Source of the DNA: an archaeon
GTDB lineage: Archaea; Nanobdellota; Nanobdellia; Pacearchaeales; GW2011-AR1
Assembly (NCBI GenBank): GCA_018694115.1
Contig: JABHNB010000005.1
Coordinates: forward strand, 69,660-133,659
Direction: 5' to 3'
DNA: 64,000 bases
Shown here: in pieces, positions 57,023 through 64,000 of the stretch
Layout: every line of letters starts with the position of its first letter
Position numbering within the stretch: position 1 is the first letter of the stretch
Notes under the pieces: generated by a model
What the model was told of the DNA's origin: nothing
Database searches by the model: none
What the model saw: only the letters and a program-made list of their open reading frames with translations
Translations under genes and position numbers: made by a program

Positions 57023-57630
57023 TATTTCTTAGCCCCCTTAGCTCCCTTAGTTGCTTTAGCTTCCTTAGCCACAAGTTCTGCATTCTGTCTCTTTAACTTT
57101 TCCTTATCTGCCTGAACCCAATCAAGCTTACCAAGTCCTGGTTGTCTCATAGTCAAACCAATCTTTGGTTCTTCACCACGATAGGAAATCGCAACAATTC
57201 TTGCGATACAATTATCTCCTTGAGCAAGCGTTTTCTTACCGTCCTTTCCAGTTAATGTACCTGTATCTGAGAATGAAACAAAGTCATCCATTGTCTGAGA
57301 AATATGAATCATACCACGAATAACACCCATATTCATGAATGCACCGAAGTTTGTAACTTCTTCAATTGTACCATAAACAGCTTCGTGCAATTCTGGCCTG
57401 AAAACAATTAATTCAAAAGTAGATTCGTAATAAGCAGCACCGTCGCCAGGAATGATGATTCCTTCCTTTACTTCCTTAACATCGAGAACTGAGACAACTG
57501 TCCCAATATCTTTGTCTTGGAATCCAGAATAAGATTCTTCCAGCTGAGTACGCACAGCTTCGTCTGTAGTCATCCCAAACTTATTCGGGTCAACCCTGAC
57601 ATGATCCGTAACTAGAACTTTCAAGAACAT
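57022..57630 (-). CDS. rpoE1: RNA polymerase subunit E' (Rpo7)
   Basis: GDGAAYY, FGAF, HISQ.MDD, KIGLTMRQPGLGK. Confidence 0.96.
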   Translation of the reverse strand: MFLKVLVTDHVRVDPNKFGMTTDEAVRTQLEESYSGFQDKDIGTVVSVLDVKEVKEGIIIPGDGAAYYESTFELIVFRPELHEAVYGTIEEVTNFGAFMNMGVIRGMIHISQTMDDFVSFSDTGTLTGKDGKKTLAQGDNCIARIVAISYRGEEPKIGLTMRQPGLGKLDWVQADKEKLKRQNAELVAKEAKATKGAKGAKK

Positions 57631-57674
57631 AATCTATTGAGAAAATTTTGGTTTATAAAGCTTGCGTTGGAAGT

Positions 57675-58058
57675 CTAAATAATCTGCAAACTCTTCTTTC
57701 CGCGAATGGACAAAATCTTGTTATCGACCCTATTTTTTAGCCCTTTATCCAATGTAGCAAGAACAATGGGCTTTCCAAGTATATAATTAACGATTTTAAT
57801 GTCAACATTGGGATGTTTACCTCCAAGTTCGACAATTTTAGGACCCAAACCCTTCAAAATCTCAAAACTCAACCCCGCAGCATCCCGATCGATAACTTTT
57901 GTCCCCTTTTGATCTTTCAAGTTGCCTAATTCATTCAAAACTTCTTGAGGAACGATCCATTCAATGGGCTCATCAAACAACTGCTCAGCTAGTTCTGCAA
58001 AGTCAATCTTTTGTTTTACACATGTCAAAACGAAGTTTGTGTCTAATATGATTTTCAT
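57675..58058 (-). CDS. PIN domain protein (Fcf1/Utp24-like)
   Basis: IILDTNF, V.NEL, VD, LATLDK.LK; usual position upstream of rpoE1. Confidence 0.9.
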   Translation of the reverse strand: MKIILDTNFVLTCVKQKIDFAELAEQLFDEPIEWIVPQEVLNELGNLKDQKGTKVIDRDAAGLSFEILKGLGPKIVELGGKHPNVDIKIVNYILGKPIVLATLDKGLKNRVDNKILSIRGKKSLQII

Positions 58059-58108
58059 AAAATAGAAATGTAGAGAAGATTTATATAACTTCTCTTCCTT
58101 AAACATTC

Positions 58109-58669
58109 ATGAAAGAGGCGGCAGTCATCCTTGAGATTATCCGTAAAGCGCGTAGGGCAATAGATGAAGATAATCCCCGAGAATTAAAATATTTATCAAA
58201 TCAAGTTATTAGCTCCGCGGCAATTTCTCAAGATCCGGATAACACCATTCTTGCAGTCCTTATCTATTCCTTGGGAAAGATTTTCGAAAGAGACCATTAT
58301 AGGAAGATGGAGGGTTGGGAAGGAATTCGTGCAGCAATAATAAAAAACCTTGATCTATCAGCAAAAAGTCTTGAAAAAGACAATCTAAAAAACTTCAGAA
58401 TCTACATCGGAAGACTAAGAAATTCAATTAATAAAATATCAAGTAATCTAAAACAATATATCACAGACGTTTTCGAAAAAGCAAAGATCAACAAGGCATT
58501 CAAACTTTACGAGCATGGCCTTTCCTCAGAACAAACTGCAGCAATGTTGGGTGTCAGCCTTTGGGATCTCGCAGGTTATATCGGGCAATCAACAGTTGGT
58601 GAAGCAAAGGTGGCAATGAGCATGCCTGTCGCAGACAGAATCAAAATCGCCGAGGATATTTTGGGATGA
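58109..58669 (+). CDS. Hypothetical protein with a C-terminal HTH-like segment
   Basis: YEHGLS.E..A..LGVS.WDL..YIG. Confidence 0.7.
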   Translation: MKEAAVILEIIRKARRAIDEDNPRELKYLSNQVISSAAISQDPDNTILAVLIYSLGKIFERDHYRKMEGWEGIRAAIIKNLDLSAKSLEKDNLKNFRIYIGRLRNSINKISSNLKQYITDVFEKAKINKAFKLYEHGLSSEQTAAMLGVSLWDLAGYIGQSTVGEAKVAMSMPVADRIKIAEDILG

Positions 58670-59130
58670 AAAAAGAATTATTAGATTTCATTAAGAAAGC
58701 AAAACAAGCTACCTATGCTTCGGAATCCTCTGTAGAAAAAAAAGGAGAGGACGGAGGTAAGAACTACAAGGTAGAAGAAGGAGATTGGACTTACACCGAT
58801 ACCTACTTTGGGAATCTTGTAGATTGCGGGCAAGAACGAATTTATGAAAACGGGAAGGTAATTTGGATGATGGCTTATCGGGGTGGAACATTAGAAAAGT
58901 ATGACAATATGAGCAAAGAAGCTTTTGGATTCTTAAAAAAATGCATCAGCAAGGCACCCGAAGAATTTCCTGCAAGGGGCCCAAAAAAAGTAGAAGAAGG
59001 AGACTGGGTTTATGAAAACAATTGGGAAGGAGATATTGAAGGATTTGTTGGGGAAGAAAATATCTATTTCAAGGGAAAAAAGATTTGTTTTAGAAACTAT
59101 TTTGGAGGGTTAGTAAGGAACAGAAAATGA
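58666..59130 (+). CDS. DUF5680-like protein
   Basis: AK..TYA, Y.D.YFG...GQE, W.M.Y.G, P.RGP, G.E.I. Confidence 0.7.
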   Translation: MKKELLDFIKKAKQATYASESSVEKKGEDGGKNYKVEEGDWTYTDTYFGNLVDCGQERIYENGKVIWMMAYRGGTLEKYDNMSKEAFGFLKKCISKAPEEFPARGPKKVEEGDWVYENNWEGDIEGFVGEENIYFKGKKICFRNYFGGLVRNRK

Positions 59131-59600
59131 AAATTAAAAAAAAGATTAAGGATAGAAAAAAACTGATAATAAAAATTCTTCTTATTGTGTGGGCATTGGT
59201 AACGATTGCATTCATAATCGGAAATCCTGTGACACTCCTTTTATTTCATAAGACTACCTCTGCAATTGTGGGGTGTGGGGGAATAGGGGAGTATTATTCT
59301 AACACGAGTTTTGAGGAAGATTATGAGATTCTAAGTGCAGATTATGGGCGTTGTGGAGATTCTGGAAACGGAACGATATTCAATTCAGGATTTCATATTT
59401 ATGCGAGGCAAGCAGATAAGTTGTGTGATGGGGGACATTTTGATTGTAATGATTATTCTAATGCTGTTGTTTGTTTAGGAGAAAAATATGGAATGGAATG
59501 TAAGCCTATCTTTTATCTAATGTCGGGTAATGGTGGATGGCTTGGTTTAGTAGGAACACATTTCAAGACCTTCTGTGAAAATGGGGAGGTTTATGATTAA
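59127..59600 (+). CDS. Membrane-anchored Cys-rich protein
   Basis: N-terminal TM and six Cys. Confidence 0.6.
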   Translation: MKIKKKIKDRKKLIIKILLIVWALVTIAFIIGNPVTLLLFHKTTSAIVGCGGIGEYYSNTSFEEDYEILSADYGRCGDSGNGTIFNSGFHIYARQADKLCDGGHFDCNDYSNAVVCLGEKYGMECKPIFYLMSGNGGWLGLVGTHFKTFCENGEVYD

Positions 59601-60275
59601 ATGAGATACCTTATATTCGATGCAGGTGCACTAATCTCCCTAACCATGAATGGATTACTTCCAATTCTAGAAAAATTAAAAAAACAGTATGATGGGGAAT
59701 TCATAATCACTCCTGCCGTGAAGAGAGAGATAATCGACAGGCCATTAAAAATAAAAAAATACAGTCTTGAAGGAGTAAAGATGAGGGACCTCCTAAATCG
59801 GGGAATTCTAAAACTTTCTTCAAGGATAGTTCCAAATTCCAAATTAGATCAGGAAACAAAAAGACTTCTTCGTATCGCAAACTCTGCATTTCGTGTGGAA
59901 GAGTCAAGAGAAAAAATCAATCTTATCCAGGAAGGAGAGGCTGCTTGCCTTGCTTTTGCAAATCTTTGCAAGTGTAATAATGCAATTGTAATTGATGAAC
60001 GAACCACAAGGATGTTAACCGAAGCCCCAGATAGCTTAAGAAGACTCTTCGAAAAAAAGCTTTCAAAACAAATTAGGTTAGATGAAAGATCCCTCAAGGA
60101 ATTTAAAAATTTCAGATTCATTAGATCTGCCGAAGTTCTATTCATAGCATTCAAAAAAGGCCTATTCGATCTAAAGGCAGATAAAACCCTTCTTGATGCA
60201 CTTCTCTATGGGGTTAAGTTTAAGGGTGCGGCAATCTCTTCAAAAGAGATAGAAGAGATGAAAAAGTTGATTTAG
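59601..60275 (+). CDS. PIN-like domain protein
   Basis: LIFDAG.LI, V..EI, GEAACL, IDERTTR. Confidence 0.8.
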   Translation: MRYLIFDAGALISLTMNGLLPILEKLKKQYDGEFIITPAVKREIIDRPLKIKKYSLEGVKMRDLLNRGILKLSSRIVPNSKLDQETKRLLRIANSAFRVEESREKINLIQEGEAACLAFANLCKCNNAIVIDERTTRMLTEAPDSLRRLFEKKLSKQIRLDERSLKEFKNFRFIRSAEVLFIAFKKGLFDLKADKTLLDALLYGVKFKGAAISSKEIEEMKKLI

Positions 60276-60332
60276 CTGGCGGGGACATAGTATAATAATA
60301 AACTTTAAATAGGACCGTTCCCTATAATTTAC

Positions 60333-61397
60333 ATGCTGTATAAAGAGTTGGAAGAGAAAAGGGGAAAAGTAAGAAGATTTATCAAAGCGAATCCAAAAAC
60401 AACTGCAAGAGAAATAAAAAAAAGGCTTGGCATTAAGGTTGAAAAAGCATATCTGGAGGGAATGAGAGAAGCTTTTGAGAATGCCAATATAAAATCGCTA
60501 AGAAATTTCAAAAGAAAGACGCGAGACGAAAGAAGGAAAATAATAATAGATTTTATAAAAAAACATCCCAAAACTGGAGGACATACCATTTCTAAGAAAA
60601 CAAAAATTAATGTTTGTAATGCATTCAAAAATATCCAAGAAGCGTATAAGTTTGCTGGAGTAAAATATCCTCGGAAAAAGTCTTATGAAAAAACCTCTGA
60701 AGAAAAAAGGAAGAAAATTATCCAATTAATTAAAAATAACCCCGAAATGACTTCTTCGGAAATAACAAAGAAAGCAGGAGCTTTTCCTTATCGGCTATTC
60801 AAAGATTTGAGCGAAGCATATGATCTGGCGGGAATAAAATGGATAAGTGGCCCAAAAAAAAGAAGTCTCCGGATAAAGAATAAGATTATCTCCTTTGTCA
60901 AAGAAAATCCTGGGGCCACACAGAGAGAAATAAATAATGCTTGTAATACTCATGTTCAGGAGATATTCAACAAAGGGATATTTGAGGCCTATAATCTGGC
61001 GGGAGTAAAATTTCCATTTGAAAGATTAAAATTGTATGGCATTGGTTTAAGGGAAATTAGAGAAAGAGCGAATAAATTTGAAGAGGAAATAGCATTAAAA
61101 TTAACGGGTTTTGGGGGAGTTAATCGCTTAGTTAGATCTAAGAATGGAATTGCAGACATTGTTTTTGAAAGAAGGGGAAAAAAGGCAATAATAGAGGTTA
61201 AGGATTATCTTGCAAAACCGATTTCAAGGGCACAAATTAATCAATTGAATAAATATCTTGAAGACTTTAATTGTAATCTGGGATTTTTGATCTGCCACCA
61301 CAAACCAAAAAAGAATAAGTTTTTAATAGGTAAAAATAAGATAATTATATTGGAAGACTCTGAACTTAAAAAAGTCGCAGGGTTTATGGGGCTATAG
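60333..61397 (+). CDS. HTH-repeat plus PD-(D/E)xK endonuclease (Mrr/NucS-like C-terminus)
   Basis: Four ~50-aa repeats I..F(I/V)K.NP..T..EI....F....EAY..AG; ADIVF...IIEVK, Q...Y. Confidence 0.8.
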   Translation: MLYKELEEKRGKVRRFIKANPKTTAREIKKRLGIKVEKAYLEGMREAFENANIKSLRNFKRKTRDERRKIIIDFIKKHPKTGGHTISKKTKINVCNAFKNIQEAYKFAGVKYPRKKSYEKTSEEKRKKIIQLIKNNPEMTSSEITKKAGAFPYRLFKDLSEAYDLAGIKWISGPKKRSLRIKNKIISFVKENPGATQREINNACNTHVQEIFNKGIFEAYNLAGVKFPFERLKLYGIGLREIRERANKFEEEIALKLTGFGGVNRLVRSKNGIADIVFERRGKKAIIEVKDYLAKPISRAQINQLNKYLEDFNCNLGFLICHHKPKKNKFLIGKNKIIILEDSELKKVAGFMGL

Positions 61398-61461
61398 TTT
61401 AATGGTTTCAAAACATCCGGCTCCAGCCCGGAAACTGCGGGTTCGATTCCTGCTAGCCCCA
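61388..61461 (+). tRNA. tRNA-Trp(CCA), intronless
   Basis: GGGGCTA/TAGCCCC acceptor; TCCGG-CTCCAGC-CCGGA; GCGGG-TTCGATT-CCTGC. Confidence 0.95.
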
Positions 61462-61510
61462 TAATCTAAAACAAAGAAAGGTAATTAAACTTCCCAGACA
61501 TTATTTTATC

Positions 61511-63172
61511 ATGGAAAAAAGAGGGCAGCAGTTAACGATAGGAACCCTAATCATAATAGTTCTAGGCATTGCAGTTCTAGTATTCTTAATTTACGGATTC
61601 TCCACTGGTTGGGGCAATCTTTGGGGAAAGGTTACCTCCTATGGCGGAGAGAAAGAAAATGTTGACACCATAAGACAAGCATGTATCATGGCTTGTCAAC
61701 AGGGGGCATCCAACAGTTTTTGCATTCAGAAAAGGAATCTGATAATGGCGAATGATAAAACCACCACTGGAAGTTGCCTAGCTTTCGCAGAGAGAAATCC
61801 CACATTGGGAATGGAGGGGTGCGATCTTTGTTCCGGCCCTTCCGAGGAATGTATCTCTGACGGAAACCCAGATCCCAATTGTGTTGGGGAAGGGATTGTT
61901 GTTATGGCCGGTAACTTGCCAGTATATGCCCTAGAATCTGATGTAGAAACTATTAATGGAACCCAAAATCTAGCGAAAATAAAATCCGACCTAAATATCC
62001 CTGACAAATTTTGTTATTGGAATGCTACTCAAGAACTCTATTCTGAAAAATGCCCTAACATGTCAAAAGCGGAGATAAAAGAGATTTTTGATGCTAAGAA
62101 AAACTATCGTGAGGAACATAATTCTGGTTGGGCAGAAATTAACTATGATTGGGATTACTGTGTGGACATCATTTTCAATTACACCCTATGGGATAAAAAG
62201 AGGGAAGGAAAGAGTTCTGCGGCTGGTTTTTTTGATACGGCGGGGAAGAAATTTTATCTTAGTCCCTATGTCACTTGGACTAAAGAGCATATTTCAAGGG
62301 TGATGTATCACGAAGGATTACATTCCATGCAAAACTTGATTAAAATTAGTTCTTCAAACGATTCTCATGTGGGGGAAGGGAAAAAATATGCTGGAGGCGA
62401 GATATCAAAGGAACAGGCAAAACCGGTCTGGGTTATTACTGATCGTGGAAGGGGCCGGGATTTTTTTGAAGAAAGTAAAGCTAAAAGTTATTGTAAGACT
62501 CTAAAAAGTTTTATTGGGGGGGCGATAGATATAGTCGAAGAGAAGATCTCTAAATTGAAAAGAGAACTAGTGGAGTTAGGGGAGGATGATGGTTCAAAAT
62601 CTCTTATTGAAGCAAAAGAAAAAGAGTTGAACATAACAGTAAAGGAGTACTCGCTTTTGAGAAGTAAAAATTCATTTATTCGGTCTAATTGTTACGAACC
62701 CCACCGTATACAACAAAAAAGTTATTTTGAAAATCTTATCACAAAAATTAGGGGGCTCTTCGAAGATATTCCAGATTACAAAAAGAACGCAACACTAATT
62801 GTTGATGAACTTGAGAAGTTATATGTCGAAGCATATAAGATTTCTACCGAAACAACCACTAAAGGCTATGTTGGGAGCAAAGCAGAAATAGATCCACGAC
62901 TTTCTGAAGTCCAGAGATGGTGGTTAGATCAGACTTCTCCAAAATGCGAGATTATTGAGACTCCAGAAACAGCAAAGAAAGTTTTAGACAAATTTTTATC
63001 TGGAAAAGATTTAGATGCGTATTACTTTCAAACTCACCGGGAACTTAGTGGACTTATATTACAATACAAGGGAACCGAATATGAAAAGGAAGTTTATGAT
63101 TCTCTTTATGGCCGTCTTCCAGGAATAGCACGTAGCGATACTCCCGTAGATGATGGAATAGATTTTGCATAA
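61511..63172 (+). CDS. Class III signal peptide protein with a Cys-rich pilin-like domain and an HExxH metallopeptidase-like domain
   Basis: KRG|Q..TIGTLIIIVLGIAVLVFLI; C..AC...FC; VMYHEGLH. Confidence 0.7.
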   Translation: MEKRGQQLTIGTLIIIVLGIAVLVFLIYGFSTGWGNLWGKVTSYGGEKENVDTIRQACIMACQQGASNSFCIQKRNLIMANDKTTTGSCLAFAERNPTLGMEGCDLCSGPSEECISDGNPDPNCVGEGIVVMAGNLPVYALESDVETINGTQNLAKIKSDLNIPDKFCYWNATQELYSEKCPNMSKAEIKEIFDAKKNYREEHNSGWAEINYDWDYCVDIIFNYTLWDKKREGKSSAAGFFDTAGKKFYLSPYVTWTKEHISRVMYHEGLHSMQNLIKISSSNDSHVGEGKKYAGGEISKEQAKPVWVITDRGRGRDFFEESKAKSYCKTLKSFIGGAIDIVEEKISKLKRELVELGEDDGSKSLIEAKEKELNITVKEYSLLRSKNSFIRSNCYEPHRIQQKSYFENLITKIRGLFEDIPDYKKNATLIVDELEKLYVEAYKISTETTTKGYVGSKAEIDPRLSEVQRWWLDQTSPKCEIIETPETAKKVLDKFLSGKDLDAYYFQTHRELSGLILQYKGTEYEKEVYDSLYGRLPGIARSDTPVDDGIDFA

Positions 63173-63218
63173 TCCTTCCCCTCGCAATATTTATAAACAT
63201 CATCTTCTTAACTTAAAC

Positions 63219-63686
63219 ATGGTAAAAAAAGTGGTGACTAAGACAGTTACTAAAACAGTTCATGATGATGACGGTTCTAAGAAAACAACTGTCAAGGATA
63301 AAACTCCTAAAGATAAGCCAAAAAAGAAGAAGATGACTGCACGGGAGAGAGAAGAACTTCTAATCGAAAACTTTGTTGGACTTCAACACGCAATGACAAA
63401 TCTTTCAATTAAGTTTGGTACATTATCTGATAACATTACAAAACTTTTAATGGTCTTCGAAGAGTCTGCAAAGAATTTTATGCAAGGCGGAAAGGGCGAT
63501 GACAAGGATCTATTGAAAAAGATAAACTCGTTGCTTGATCAGAATAAAACTATTGCGAAGGGATTGGTTTTGATGGAGGGAAAGCTTAGGGGGCGTTCAG
63601 ATACGCAACCAATGCCACAAGCCGCACCCATGCAACCGAGCATATCTACACTGCGACCAAAACCTAAGCCACTACCGTCAGCATGA
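63219..63686 (+). CDS. Hypothetical coiled-coil protein
   Basis: LIENFVGLQ, LL.QNKTIAKGL.L.E; TATA upstream. Confidence 0.75.
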   Translation: MVKKVVTKTVTKTVHDDDGSKKTTVKDKTPKDKPKKKKMTAREREELLIENFVGLQHAMTNLSIKFGTLSDNITKLLMVFEESAKNFMQGGKGDDKDLLKKINSLLDQNKTIAKGLVLMEGKLRGRSDTQPMPQAAPMQPSISTLRPKPKPLPSA

Positions 63687-64000
63687 ATGGGGAAATTTCT
63701 TTGATGGCCGCAGGACCATTTGTTAGGGAATTTATGTTTACAGTTCTAAGAACAATTCATTCCCAGAATATTTGTTATGATGATAAAGTATGTATTAATG
63801 CAGATTTAGTTCCAAGAGTTTCAGAAAGAGTAATGCATGCTTCCATGAAGGAAAGAGAAGTAAGGCCAAAAACAAAAGAACTAAGAGAAGAAATAAAAAT
63901 GCAAGAATCAATTTTACAGCAACCAATTTCTCCACCCTCCAGGCTCAAAAAAGTTTCCCCGCAACAACCGCCCCAGCCTCCAAAACCTCAACGGGCAATG
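63683..64000 (+). CDS. Hypothetical protein, partial (runs off the window)
   Basis: ATGA overlap; open frame MNGEISLMAAGPFVREF... to the window end. Confidence 0.65.
   Translation, partial: MNGEISLMAAGPFVREFMFTVLRTIHSQNICYDDKVCINADLVPRVSERVMHASMKEREVRPKTKELREEIKMQESILQQPISPPSRLKKVSPQQPPQPPKPQRAM

Noticed and set aside
1-64000. CRISPR array, cas genes or rRNA
   Set aside because: No regularly spaced repeat-spacer series, cas motifs or rRNA-like sequence seen; the repeats found are intragenic or tRNA-end duplicates

Overview
This 64 kb window is from a small-genome archaeon, most likely DPANN (Pacearchaeota/Woesearchaeota-like). The basis is aIF-1A, RpoE1, Spt4, S24e, S27ae, GatDE, archaeal TATA promoters, class III signal peptides and TGAVI-type membrane motifs. 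Housekeeping content includes GatCAB, GatDE, non-discriminating AspRS, HisRS, FtsZ, ScpA and four intronless tRNAs (Asn, Arg, His, Trp). There is no rRNA or CRISPR array. The strongest novel candidates are: (1) a three-gene operon at 53.2-56.0 kb encoding a T7-lysozyme/PGRP-type amidase split at an A AAA AAA slippery site, a PafA/Dop (Pup-ligase)-like carboxylate-amine ligase, and a class-A beta-lactamase/PBP-like enzyme; (2) a two-unit structured putative ncRNA directly upstream of that operon; (3) a mef/msr/mph-like island (ABC exporter, two MFS, an ABC-F with a leader peptide, three tandem APH-family kinases, HEPN-MNT, PHP); (4) duplicated tRNA ends at three tRNAs, one enclosing an HTH-repeat PD-(D/E)xK endonuclease gene; (5) a bacterial/poxvirus-size topoisomerase IB, a tyrosine-recombinase island and large surface proteins (pilin-lyase, pilin-metalloprotease, poly-dockerin). 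All calls come from motif recognition by eye; no database searches or folding programs were run.
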